A stretch of DNA of 44,399 nt from a bacterium (GCA_041946805.1 JBHGBC010000030.1:1-44399); one strand, 5' to 3'. Shown: positions 7,405-16,535, counted from the stretch's first letter. Numbers and translations are program-made. The notes: generated from the sequence alone by a model not told the origin.

Positions 7405-9825
7405 ATGAGGACAGAAACGCAATTTATAAATATTGCCAAATATTTTGTCGCACAACTGATTATCCTGCATTTATTACTTCTGGCTGTAACGCCTCCCGGG
7501 GCCGGTGCTCAATCCCTGTCCCCGCTCATCCTCTATGAATTCAATCAAGCCACCCTGGCGGCCAATGGCTGGTGTGATCCCACGGGTGGATATTTGGAAC
7601 GGCCGGCGGGAACGGCTTCCGTGATGACTTTTGCCCCGGAAATTTTCGTGTCGTCTCAAGATCAACAAGGATTGGCGGTCACGGTAAAGCCCAACGAAGT
7701 GGCTTTCCTTCATACCATATCCGCTGTGGATACGTTGGGTGGACCTGCCATGTTGCGCATGACGGTCCGGGCCAGCGCTCCGGAGGCCTCCGTGGCCCTG
7801 GCGGCGCTGCGGGGGGATTTGAACGGCGGGAATGGGGTGGATGGCTCCATCGCCACGCATATACCCGCCACGGCGGCGGATTTCGTGAACATGGAACGGC
7901 GGATCGTTTTGTTGTACGAACCGGATAATGGCCATTTCATGACCCCGGTCATTCAAGTGGCGGCCACCGGGCTGGCGGGTGAGGTCACGGTGTATATCGA
8001 TAAACTGGAAATCCTGAAACTGGATGAGGAGGAGTTCGGTTCTCAGCCCTATGCAAAACCCACCTCCACTCCCACGCCTCCGACACCCACAACCACTCCC
8101 ACCCCGGTTACGCTGCCGCAAACGGTCACCATTCCTCTTCCCAACCTTCCCCTAGACGCGAAACCGCTGGAGATGGTCTTGATCAAAGCCGGGACTTTCG
8201 CGATGGGTTCCCCCGCCGATGAACAAGACCGTACTCCCGAAGAATGGTTGCCGCATCCGGTGACTTTGACCAAGGATTTCTACCTGGGGCGGTACGAAGT
8301 GACCCAGGCGCAATATGAAGCAATCATGAATGGCAATCCATCGAACGGTTATGGAGTGGGGCCGAATTATCCAGTTTATTATGCCACGTGGTACGATGGC
8401 GCGGCATTTTGCAATCGATTAAGCCAAAGGGAAGGATTCACTCCGGTTTATGATGAAACCAACTGGACAACGGACTGGAACGCCGACGGCTATCGCCTGC
8501 CCACCGAAGCGGAATGGGAATACGCCTGCCGGGCGGGAACCACGACGCGGTTTTCGTTCGGAGATGCCCTGGAATGCGTGGAGGATCCTCCTGATGCGTA
8601 TTGCGAGATTTTGGATGAAAATATGTGGTGGAGCGGGAACAACGATCCGAATGGCGCGAAGGAAGTAGGTTTGAAATTGCCCAATCCCTGGGGATTGTTC
8701 GACATGCATGGGAATGTCTGGGAATGGTGTAATGATTGGTGGGAAGAACCATGGGATGAAAAACCTCAAGTTGATCCGAAAGGCCAAGAAACCGGAACAT
8801 ACCGGGTGGTCCGCGGGGGCGGGTGGAACATTTCCCCCGCATGGTGCCGCTCGGCGATACGGAATATGAGCAACATGGATTCCCGCAGAGAAAACAAAGG
8901 CTTTCGGGTATCCAGAAACAACCTGATCCCCGGTCCAACCTCTACGCCCACGCCAACACCGCTGCCACCGACACCTACCCCGACATCAACACAGCTGCCG
9001 CCCAGCGTGTCCATCACCGTCCCCCTCCCCAACCTGCCCGACGGCGCGAAGCCGCTGGAGATGGTGTTGATCAAGTCCGGGACTTTTATGATGGGTTCCC
9101 CCGAAGACGAAAAGGGGAGATTCTATGTGAAAGGCCGGGAAGTGGACTGGCGGCCGCATGAAGTGACTTTAACCCGGGATTTTTACCTGGGCCGGTTCGA
9201 AGTGACCCAGGCGCAATATCAAACATTGATGAAATTGAAAATGACTCTTCCGAAACGATCAGGAGTAGGTCTCAATTATCCTGTCTATGGTGTCAGCTGG
9301 TACGATGCCGCGGCGTTTTGCAACCGGTTGAGCGAAGGTGAGGGATTGACACTGGTTTATGATGAAACGGCATGGGATTCGAACCGCAACGCGAATGGCT
9401 ATCGCCTCCCCACCGAGGCGGAATGGGAATACGCCTGCCGGGCGGGGACCACGACGCGGTTTTCATTTGGCGACGCCTTGGAATGCGATGATGAAAATTA
9501 CTGTGAAATCATGGATCGGAATATGTGGTGGTGGGGGAATTATGATTCAAAAGGTTCCAAGGAAGTCGGCCTGAAATTGCCGAATCCCTGGATTTTGTTT
9601 GACATGCATGGGGGTGTGTGGGAGTGGTGCGAGGATTGGTGGGAATATCCCTACGATCGCGGGCCACAAGGGGATCCTATATGTGAATATACGGAGGATG
9701 CCAAAGTGACGCGGGGTGGCAGCGGCACCGAAACGGCCCGGTGCGCCCGGTCGGCGTACCGCACATGGCGCGAACCGGCCGAAATGATGTGGCCACTGGG
9801 TTTTCGCATCGCTAAAACCAAGTAA
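7405..9825 (+). CDS. Secreted protein with an N-terminal domain of unknown function and two FGE-sulfatase (CLec-fold) domains joined by Pro/Thr linkers
   Basis: Signal peptide; two copies of LEMVLIK.GTF.MGSP...YRLPTEAEWEYACRAGTTTRFSFGD...LPNPW.LFDMHG.VWEWC...RGG...GFR; PTPTP linkers; GGAG RBS. Confidence 0.9.
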   Translation: MRTETQFINIAKYFVAQLIILHLLLLAVTPPGAGAQSLSPLILYEFNQATLAANGWCDPTGGYLERPAGTASVMTFAPEIFVSSQDQQGLAVTVKPNEVAFLHTISAVDTLGGPAMLRMTVRASAPEASVALAALRGDLNGGNGVDGSIATHIPATAADFVNMERRIVLLYEPDNGHFMTPVIQVAATGLAGEVTVYIDKLEILKLDEEEFGSQPYAKPTSTPTPPTPTTTPTPVTLPQTVTIPLPNLPLDAKPLEMVLIKAGTFAMGSPADEQDRTPEEWLPHPVTLTKDFYLGRYEVTQAQYEAIMNGNPSNGYGVGPNYPVYYATWYDGAAFCNRLSQREGFTPVYDETNWTTDWNADGYRLPTEAEWEYACRAGTTTRFSFGDALECVEDPPDAYCEILDENMWWSGNNDPNGAKEVGLKLPNPWGLFDMHGNVWEWCNDWWEEPWDEKPQVDPKGQETGTYRVVRGGGWNISPAWCRSAIRNMSNMDSRRENKGFRVSRNNLIPGPTSTPTPTPLPPTPTPTSTQLPPSVSITVPLPNLPDGAKPLEMVLIKSGTFMMGSPEDEKGRFYVKGREVDWRPHEVTLTRDFYLGRFEVTQAQYQTLMKLKMTLPKRSGVGLNYPVYGVSWYDAAAFCNRLSEGEGLTLVYDETAWDSNRNANGYRLPTEAEWEYACRAGTTTRFSFGDALECDDENYCEIMDRNMWWWGNYDSKGSKEVGLKLPNPWILFDMHGGVWEWCEDWWEYPYDRGPQGDPICEYTEDAKVTRGGSGTETARCARSAYRTWREPAEMMWPLGFRIAKTK

Positions 9826-9906
9826 CTTTTCACATATTCCTTTGGCTTCCACGTGCCGGGACGGAAACACCAATCCGCACCAACAAAGTAGAATCTATTT
9901 ACAGCC

Positions 9907-10003
9907 CGTGGGATGGATTTGCGCGCAGTGCGTAATCCAGCAAACCCCCAACCGATCTAATCATCCCCCTCTCCCCTTGTGGAAGAGGGGCCGGGGGGTG
10001 AGG
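9907..10003. repeat. Family E REP-like hairpin plus inverted family A hairpin between convergent genes
   Basis: GTGGGATGGATTTGCGCGCAGTGCGTAATCCAGC (similar to 40483-40517); CCCCTCTCCCCTTGTGGAAGAGGGGCCGGGGGGTGAGG. Confidence 0.7.
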
Positions 10004-10018
10004 ACCAATCGTCCCCCC

Positions 10019-11947
10019 TCAAAATCCCGTCCGCTTGAACGCTCGTTCGAGGGAAGAATCGGCGACGTAGAGGATGACCGGGCGGCCGTGGGGGCAGACG
10101 TTGCGGCGGGGGATTTGCTGCAAACCATGTACAATGGCCTCCATCTCGGCGAAGGTCAGCGGATCGCCGAACTTCACGGCCGCGCGGCAGGCCAGGGTTT
10201 GCAAGGCGCGCTCTTTTCGTTCCTGGGCGCTGCCCTCGAGCCGCAGCTCGGCCAGCACATCCTTGATGAATCCTTCCACCTGGTCCATCTCGAGGGAAGT
10301 GGGGATGGCGCGCGCCACGTAGGTCCGCGGCCCGAACGCCTCCAGTTCGAAGCCCAGGGTCCGCAGGTAGCCGAGATTATCCTCCACTCCGCCGGCCTCG
10401 TTGGGGGGAAAATCGATCGTGAGAGGAAACAGCAGCGCCTGGCTGGCCAGCGGGGCGTTTTGCGCCTGGGCCATCAGTTGTTCGAACATCAGGCGCTCGT
10501 GAGCGGCGTGCTGGTCGATGACATACAATCCGTCGCGGCCTTGGGCCAGGATGTAGCTGTTTTTGAGTTGCCCCAGCACCTGCAGCTCGCCGGTTTCCTC
10601 CAGCGGGCGGGCGTCGAAGAGCTCGTTGGGCTTCTTCTCCACGCGGGGAAGGTTGTCCCATCCGTTGCCGCCGGGAATGGATGGTGTCGCTTCAACGGGA
10701 TGGGTCCTGGCGGTTACAGGTTGGCGGTTCAGCGCCGCGATGGGATCACTCTCCACGGCCGCCGGTGAAGGCAGGACAGGCGGATTCGTTGCCACTGATG
10801 CTTGAGGCTGAATCCCAGATGCCACGTTGACCGTCGGCGGTGAAGTATTGGCTGCCACCGGCGAAACGGCCGGGACGGAAACCGGCGCGGGGGTATGGGG
10901 GCGGATTTCCGTGAACAATGATGGAGTGGAAGGCACGGGAGCCGGAACAGGCGGCTGCACGGCTTGGTCCACGTCCCAGGCCTGGCGCACGGCGTTGTAC
11001 ATGGCGTGGAAGACGGCGTCCTCGTGCGAGAATTTGATCTCTTGCTTGGTGGGATGCACGTTGATGTCGATCTCATGCGGATCGATTTCGACATAGAGAA
11101 AGGCCGCCGGGAAGCGTCCGGCGGGGATCAGGTTGCGGTAGCCGTTCATCATGGCGCGGTGGAGCAGCCGGTCGCGGACGAAGCGGTCGTTGACGAAGAA
11201 GAAGATATCCTGCGTGGTGTTGCGTGTCAGGGTGGGACGGGAGATGAGTCCCGAGATGGAAACCGCGGGCGTATCGAGCTGGACGGGGATCATCGCCCCC
11301 AGCAGGTCCTTGCCGTAAATCTGGCGGACGCGTTCGGCGCGGCTGGCGACTGGGGGCAGGTCCAGGGTGCGGCGGCCGTTGTGTGAGAAAGTGAAGTGAA
11401 TGCCCTCGTGGGCCAGGGCGTTCCAGGTGACGGCGGCCAGCAGGTGGGACTGCTCGGTGGCGGCCTTTTTCAGAAACTTGCGCCGGGCGGGGGTGTTGAA
11501 GAACAGATCCCGGACGGTGACGATGGTTCCCGCGGGCGTGCCGGCGGGCCGCGGCTCTTGTTCCACGCTGCCCTCGACCACCAGCAACGTACCGAATTCC
11601 TCGGCGGGGGGCCGGGTTTTGATCTCCACGCGGGCCACGGCGGTGATGGCCGCCAGCGCCTCGCCCCGGAAGCCTTTGGTGAGGACGGCGTTGAGGTCCT
11701 CGGCGCGGTGGATCTTGCTGGTGGCGTGGCGTTTGACACACAGGACGGTGTCGTCCCGGGACATGCCGCAACCGTTGTCGGTGACCCGCACGAGCTTCAG
11801 GCCGCCCTCTTCGGCTTCGATGTCCACGCGCGCGGCCCCCGCGTCGATGGCGTTGTCGATCAGTTCGCGGACGATGGAAGCGGGGCGCTCGACCACCTCT
11901 CCGGCGGCGATGCGGTTGGCCACGTCCGGGGGGAGAAGGTGAATCAT
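10019..11947 (-). CDS. mutL: DNA mismatch repair endonuclease MutL
   Basis: NRIAAGEVVERPAS, DNGCGM, HATSKI, GFRGEAL, DINVHPTKQE; endonuclease motifs DQHAAHER, ACR, CPHGRP; clamp-binding-like QALLFP. Confidence 0.97.
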   Translation of the reverse strand: MIHLLPPDVANRIAAGEVVERPASIVRELIDNAIDAGAARVDIEAEEGGLKLVRVTDNGCGMSRDDTVLCVKRHATSKIHRAEDLNAVLTKGFRGEALAAITAVARVEIKTRPPAEEFGTLLVVEGSVEQEPRPAGTPAGTIVTVRDLFFNTPARRKFLKKAATEQSHLLAAVTWNALAHEGIHFTFSHNGRRTLDLPPVASRAERVRQIYGKDLLGAMIPVQLDTPAVSISGLISRPTLTRNTTQDIFFFVNDRFVRDRLLHRAMMNGYRNLIPAGRFPAAFLYVEIDPHEIDINVHPTKQEIKFSHEDAVFHAMYNAVRQAWDVDQAVQPPVPAPVPSTPSLFTEIRPHTPAPVSVPAVSPVAANTSPPTVNVASGIQPQASVATNPPVLPSPAAVESDPIAALNRQPVTARTHPVEATPSIPGGNGWDNLPRVEKKPNELFDARPLEETGELQVLGQLKNSYILAQGRDGLYVIDQHAAHERLMFEQLMAQAQNAPLASQALLFPLTIDFPPNEAGGVEDNLGYLRTLGFELEAFGPRTYVARAIPTSLEMDQVEGFIKDVLAELRLEGSAQERKERALQTLACRAAVKFGDPLTFAEMEAIVHGLQQIPRRNVCPHGRPVILYVADSSLERAFKRTGF

Positions 11948-12150
11948 GCGTCCTCCGAAGGGGGCCGGGAGGGATCGGGCCGGATCAGGAGGATCAAAAA
12001 CATCCCCACGAGCCCTCCCACAATCAGCGCCGACGCCCAGAAACCCCGCCGGCCGCTGCCATCCGGTCCGGTCAACGCCAGGGCGGCGAAACCCAGACCA
12101 TACAGCAATCCGAACAGGCCGAAGAGACTCTTTTTCGCGCGGATTTTCAT
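11944..12150 (-). CDS. Small two-TM membrane protein (68 aa)
   Basis: MKIRAKKSLFGLFGLLYGLGFAALALT...FWASALIVGGLVGMFLILLIR; stop overlaps the mutL start (ATGA). Confidence 0.6.
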   Translation of the reverse strand: MKIRAKKSLFGLFGLLYGLGFAALALTGPDGSGRRGFWASALIVGGLVGMFLILLIRPDPSRPPSEDA

Positions 12151-12218
12151 GATCGGAACCCGCTCTGAATTATGCCACAAGCTCCCGGGCTGTCTACCCG
12201 GTACAGGAGAGGAAGAAC

Positions 12219-12369
12219 AGCCCAGGGTTGGAGTAGCCCAGGGTTGAAACCCTGGGCTGCTGTTCGGCGGCCCCTTGAAAGGGGCGCGGAGGGAAGAAGG
12301 GGAGGGAAACGAAATTCGAGACGTGAAAGCCGGATGATAGGTATTTCCCTCACCCCGGCCCTCTCCCCC
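12219..12369 (+). repeat. Composite family B + family A repeat
   Basis: AGCCCAGGGTTG duplicated (12219, 12235); AGCCCAGGGTTGAAACCCTGGGCT...GCCCCTTGAAAGGGGC; CCCTCACCCCGGCCCTCTCCC at 12347. Confidence 0.8.
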
Positions 12370-12486
12370 ACAATCCCCCTTCCCAATCCTTGGCTCCATA
12401 TAGACACGCTCTTTCCTGAAGTGATAGACTCACCCCACGCATCGCATCTATTCACTTTGTTAAAGGAGAATGGGAGGACGTCTTCC

Positions 12487-13524
12487 ATGAAGAGACAACT
12501 GGCTTTGGTCCTGGTTTTAGGGATGTTGGCCGCCGCCGCGATGGAATCGGCGGGGCAGATTCAGATCGGAGGCATTTTGCGGGATGAATACGCGCTGGGC
12601 CTGACGCCCACGATCAAAAGCGCGGGGATGGGCGGAGCCTATGTGGGTGTCGATGGGGCGCGCTCCATGAACCCGGCGGCGCTGGGCAGTGTCAAGCAGA
12701 TGGAGGGAACCCTGGGCTACCGGTATTACGATCACGACTTGGGCCCCGCCGCCCACCGGGGGCGCTTGGACGTGGTGCTGCCGTTTCCCGCGCCGGACAT
12801 GGTCCCCCTGCTGAAGGACAGCGCCCTCCGCCTGATGCTGGACGGCCTGGCCAGCGAGGACGCGGCCGCGACGGCGCTGGCCGGTTCGCCGGAAGTGGAA
12901 TTCGATGAAATAACATTGGGTCTGCAGTACGGCATCAGCCCCCTCGAATGGGCGTCCGTGGGCGTGGGGGCGTACCCGTACGAGAAGGCCAACGTGGATC
13001 TGATCACCCCGGCGGGAACCCTGGAGGGCGAGGCGCTCTCGCAGATCGGCAGCATTCAGCTCGGGACGCTGTTCCGGCCCTGCGAGTATTTCAACATCGG
13101 CGGGCAGTTCATCTACATCAAGGATGACTTGGAAGTCACGATGCCCAACGGAGTGAAAATGGGCGACTATTTCCACATTCATTACTTCACCGTGGGCGTT
13201 TCGGTGATGCCCTGGAAGGGGACCCTGATCGCCGCCGACTACTGGAACGGCGAAATGGAGGGTTCCGTGGATCCCACCACCCCGTTTGACCAGGATGTGG
13301 ACCGTTGGAATGTCGGCGCGGAGCAGCAACTCAGCCAATATTTCAATATCCCGGTCGACATCCGGGCCGGTTACAGCAACGGCGGTTTCACGGCCGGTTT
13401 TTCGGTCCATATCAACGAGAACATCGACGTGGATTACGCCTACATGAACGAGGCTCTGGCGGACAAGGACGAAATCTTCGGGAAAACCGATTTCCACGGC
13501 GTTTCGGTCACCGCCCGGTTTTGA
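12487..13524 (+). CDS. Outer-membrane beta-barrel protein, FadL/PorV-like
   Basis: GGGAGG RBS; signal peptide MKRQLALVLVLGMLAAAA; SAGMGGAYVGVDGARSMNPAALG N-terminal motif; C-terminal beta-signal HGVSVTARF. Confidence 0.72.
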   Translation: MKRQLALVLVLGMLAAAAMESAGQIQIGGILRDEYALGLTPTIKSAGMGGAYVGVDGARSMNPAALGSVKQMEGTLGYRYYDHDLGPAAHRGRLDVVLPFPAPDMVPLLKDSALRLMLDGLASEDAAATALAGSPEVEFDEITLGLQYGISPLEWASVGVGAYPYEKANVDLITPAGTLEGEALSQIGSIQLGTLFRPCEYFNIGGQFIYIKDDLEVTMPNGVKMGDYFHIHYFTVGVSVMPWKGTLIAADYWNGEMEGSVDPTTPFDQDVDRWNVGAEQQLSQYFNIPVDIRAGYSNGGFTAGFSVHINENIDVDYAYMNEALADKDEIFGKTDFHGVSVTARF

Positions 13525-13623
13525 AACGCAAGAAAACAATACAGCGAAAAACGGATTTCATTCAGCAGGTGGGTAGAAAGATTTCGCATCGATTAACTCG
13601 TTTGCAGAGAAAGGGATGGATTT

Positions 13624-13921
13624 CACCCTTTCAAAACTTCCCTCTCCCCGGTCCTCTCCCCGAGGGAGAGGGAAATATTTGGGATTCATCCGGGAAGATT
13701 AGCCCAGGGTTGAAACCCTGGGCTGCTATTCGGCGGCCCCTTGAAAGGGGCGCCAGAGAGAAGGGAGATTCATGGTAATGCGCAGGCAAGATGCCTGCAT
13801 CACAAGGGGTTTTCCCTCACCCCGGCCCTCTCCCCGAGGGAGAGGGAGGAGAGAAGGGGGGTTATCGTTATCGAGTCAGGTTACGCAGGATTGAATCACC
13901 CCCAGGATTTTAACCCTGGGC
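13624..13921 (+). repeat. Mosaic of family A (x2), B (x2) and D hairpin repeats
   Basis: A at 13640-13672 and 13814-13846; B at 13701-13752 and a variant at 13899-13921; D GCAGGCAAGATGCCTGC at about 13781-13805. Confidence 0.8.
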
Positions 13922-13941
13922 ATTGATTCCAATGGGAGAGA

Positions 13942-16002
13942 ATGCCGATGTCTCATTTTTCCAGCCAAATCGCCAGCCAAATCGCCAACAAAATCGTTTG
14001 GGTGGCTCTCCTCGCCGGGGCGGGATTGTGGCTCACTGCCGCCGTCATCCCGGAAGAAGCCAAAAAACCGCTGCCCCGCAAGGACTGCTTCTTCGGCCTG
14101 CATTTCGACCTGCATCCCAACGAGTTCGATACGGAACTGGGCCAGGAAACCAGCGAGGAGAATATCGCTCAGCTGCTGGACCGGGTGAAGCCCGATTTCG
14201 TGCAATACGACTGCAAGGGCCACCGGGGATACGCCGGGTATCCGACGAAAATCGGATCGCCCTCGCCGGGCATCGTACAGGACGCGCTGGCCATTTGGCG
14301 CCAGGTGACCCGCGAGCACGGCGTGGGATTGTACATCCATTTCTCGGGCGTGTGGGACAACCGGGCGCTGGAACTGCATCCCGAATGGGCGCGCGTGGAC
14401 GCCCAGGGCAAGCGCAGCGACCAGAAGACCAGCACCTTCGGCCCCTACGTGGATGAACTGCTGATCCCCCAGCTGAGCGAGGCGGTGGGCAACTATCAAC
14501 TCGACGGCGTGTGGGTGGACGGCGAATGCTGGGCGGTGGAACTCGACTATTCGCCCGCCGCGCTGGAAGCCTGGAAGGCCGAAACCGGGCAGCCGGACGC
14601 GCCCAAGGACAAGAGCGATCCCCGCTGGCAGGATTGGAAGAACTTCAACCGCCGGCAATTCGAGAAATATTTGACCCACTGGGTGGATGAACTGCACAAG
14701 CGCCATCCCGGCGTGCAGATCACCAGCAACTGGATGTACACCACCTTCGCGCCCATCCCCGTGAAAGCGCCGCTCGATTACCTCTCCGGCGATTATTCCC
14801 CCGGCCAGTCGGTCGATACCGCCCGGCTGGAGGCGCGCTACCTGGCCAGCACGGGCCTGCCGTGGGACCTGATGGCCTGGGGCTTCGACAAGGGGCAGGA
14901 CCTCAACTGGAGTTGGAAAACCCCCGTTCACCTGATGCAAGAGTCCGCCGTGGTGCTCATGCAGGGCGGCGGCTTCCAGATCTATTACCAGCCCACGCGC
15001 TCGGGTTACATTCCCGAGCCGGTCATCGAGACCACCGGCGCGGTGGCCGATTTCTGCCGCGCCCGCCAAGCGGTCAGCCACAAGAGCGTCTCGGTTCCCC
15101 AGGTGGCGCTGCTGCTCTCCAGCGAATCGCTGATGGACCGCTCGGATCAGATCTTCGCCCACTGGGGGGACGAGATGAAAGGCCTGGAAGGGGCGTTGCA
15201 CGCGCTTCTCGAACTGCATTATTCCGTGGATGTGCTCGCCGAGCATCAACTCCAGCCCCGGCTCCAGGAATTCCCCCTGGTGGTGCTGCCGGATACCCAC
15301 AAACTCACCGATGAGTTTAAAACCGCGCTGCTGGACTATGTGGAAAAAGGCGGGAGGCTGCTGCTGCTCAGCGACGCCAGCGCGCGGCTGTTCGAACCGC
15401 AACTGGGAGTGAGCATCGAGGGCGAACCGGCCCAGGTCCACACGGAACTGGGCGTGGGGGCCTGGCCCGTCAACGCCGACGGCAAATGGCTGAAGGTGAC
15501 GCCCCAAACCGCCAAGCCCGTGGGCTACCGCTTCGCCACGCGCGACACCCGCAAGCCCGGCGAGGCGGCGGCCACGGTGGTGGAACACGGCCAAGGGAAG
15601 ATCGGCGCGGTATACGGCCCGCTGGCGATGATGTTTTATAACAGCCACCATCCCGTCATGCGTGAATTCATCGGCAACCTCGTGCGGGAACTGTTCCCCA
15701 ATCCGGCGGTCACCCTCGACGGCCCCTCGTGCGTGGATCTCGCCCTGCGCAAAACCCAGGACGGCCGCCTGGCGCTGCACCTGCTGAACCGCGCCAATGT
15801 CCCCAACGCCAACCGCTTTCACGTGATCGACGTCGTCCCCGCGGTGGGCCCCCTCGCCGTGACGTTGCAGGTCGAAAAGAAGCCGAAGAAGGTCTCCTGG
15901 GTCCCCGGCGACGAGCGGATCAAGTGGACCTGGAAAGCGGGAACCCTCCACGCCACGATTCCCAGCTTGCACATTCATGGGGTGATGGTGGTGGAGATGT
16001 GA
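13942..16002 (+). CDS. GHL6 / GH151-like glycoside hydrolase (putative alpha-L-fucosidase) with trimerization-type domain
   Basis: FFGLHFDLH, QYDCKGHRGYAGYPTKIG, DGVWVDGECW, GLPWDLMAWGF; QVALL...PLVVLPD...YVEKGGRLLL; signal peptide. Confidence 0.78.
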   Translation: MPMSHFSSQIASQIANKIVWVALLAGAGLWLTAAVIPEEAKKPLPRKDCFFGLHFDLHPNEFDTELGQETSEENIAQLLDRVKPDFVQYDCKGHRGYAGYPTKIGSPSPGIVQDALAIWRQVTREHGVGLYIHFSGVWDNRALELHPEWARVDAQGKRSDQKTSTFGPYVDELLIPQLSEAVGNYQLDGVWVDGECWAVELDYSPAALEAWKAETGQPDAPKDKSDPRWQDWKNFNRRQFEKYLTHWVDELHKRHPGVQITSNWMYTTFAPIPVKAPLDYLSGDYSPGQSVDTARLEARYLASTGLPWDLMAWGFDKGQDLNWSWKTPVHLMQESAVVLMQGGGFQIYYQPTRSGYIPEPVIETTGAVADFCRARQAVSHKSVSVPQVALLLSSESLMDRSDQIFAHWGDEMKGLEGALHALLELHYSVDVLAEHQLQPRLQEFPLVVLPDTHKLTDEFKTALLDYVEKGGRLLLLSDASARLFEPQLGVSIEGEPAQVHTELGVGAWPVNADGKWLKVTPQTAKPVGYRFATRDTRKPGEAAATVVEHGQGKIGAVYGPLAMMFYNSHHPVMREFIGNLVRELFPNPAVTLDGPSCVDLALRKTQDGRLALHLLNRANVPNANRFHVIDVVPAVGPLAVTLQVEKKPKKVSWVPGDERIKWTWKAGTLHATIPSLHIHGVMVVEM

Positions 16003-16062
16003 AATCTGTTTTTGGCGATATGAGAATGAGTTGCCTGTTTGGGTAGCTAACTTTTCGTATCT

Positions 16063-16193
16063 GACGAAGCGGCAAAAAGTCAATTGATTGTGGCGCGGGC
16101 ATCTTGCCTGCACAAAATAAATTTGCAGGCGGGACGCCTGCGCTACAACCTATGGATCATATCAGAATTATTTTCACTTTTTGCCGCTTCTTC
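16063..16193. mobile_element. MITE (131 bp) with 21-bp TIRs enclosing a REP doublet
   Basis: GACGAAGCGGCAAAAAGTCAA versus reverse-complement GAAGAAGCGGCAAAAAGTGAA (19/21); TCT on both flanks; internal inverted pair of family D hairpins at about 16088-16148. Confidence 0.68.
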
Positions 16194-16255
16194 TCTCCCT
16201 GACCCTCTTCCAGAGGGCTACTCTTTACCCACAAGTCCTGATCAGACAAAAGCAT

Positions 16256-16434
16256 TTCATCCCCGCCGGGGATGAATGTGAATAGCCGTAGGCGAAAGCC
16301 TACGGTTCCGTAAAGAATCAATACCAATCCCGTAGGGATTGAATACCCCATTCGACCCCTATGGGGTCGATACCGTTTGGAACTGTACCGGGGGTTATCA
16401 CCCCCGGCTATTCACGTTCAATCCCTTCAGGATT
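16256..16434. repeat. Multi-hairpin REPIN-like palindromic element (~180 bp)
   Basis: TGAATGTGAATAGCCG pairs with CGGCTATTCACGTTCA; hairpins ATCCCCGCCGGGGAT, CCGTAGGCGAAAGCCTACGG, AATCCCGTAGGGATT, TCGACCCCTATGGGGTCGA, CCGGGGGTTATCACCCCCGG, AATCCCTTCAGGATT. Confidence 0.75.
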
Positions 16435-16468
16435 GGCCGCTGGCAAGATGCCTGCACCACAAAATCGG

Positions 16469-16498
16469 CTGGATCCCCGCATTCGCGGGGATGACGTC
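16469..16498. repeat. Family C REP-like hairpin, copy 1
   Basis: CTGGATCCCCGCATTCGCGGGGATGACGTC; 28/30 identical to 22377-22406, differing only in the loop. Confidence 0.8.
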
Positions 16499-16535
16499 TA
16501 TTTCTTGACTTGATAACGCCGCTTCCCCTCCGGCC

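Noticed and set aside
7405..9825. Complete diversity-generating retroelement
   Set aside because: No reverse transcriptase, avd or template repeat in the window; differences between the two domains are not adenine-specific.
13539..13566. IS-end-like sequence TACAGCGAAAACGGATTTCATTCAG
   Set aside because: No inverted partner or second copy found in the window.
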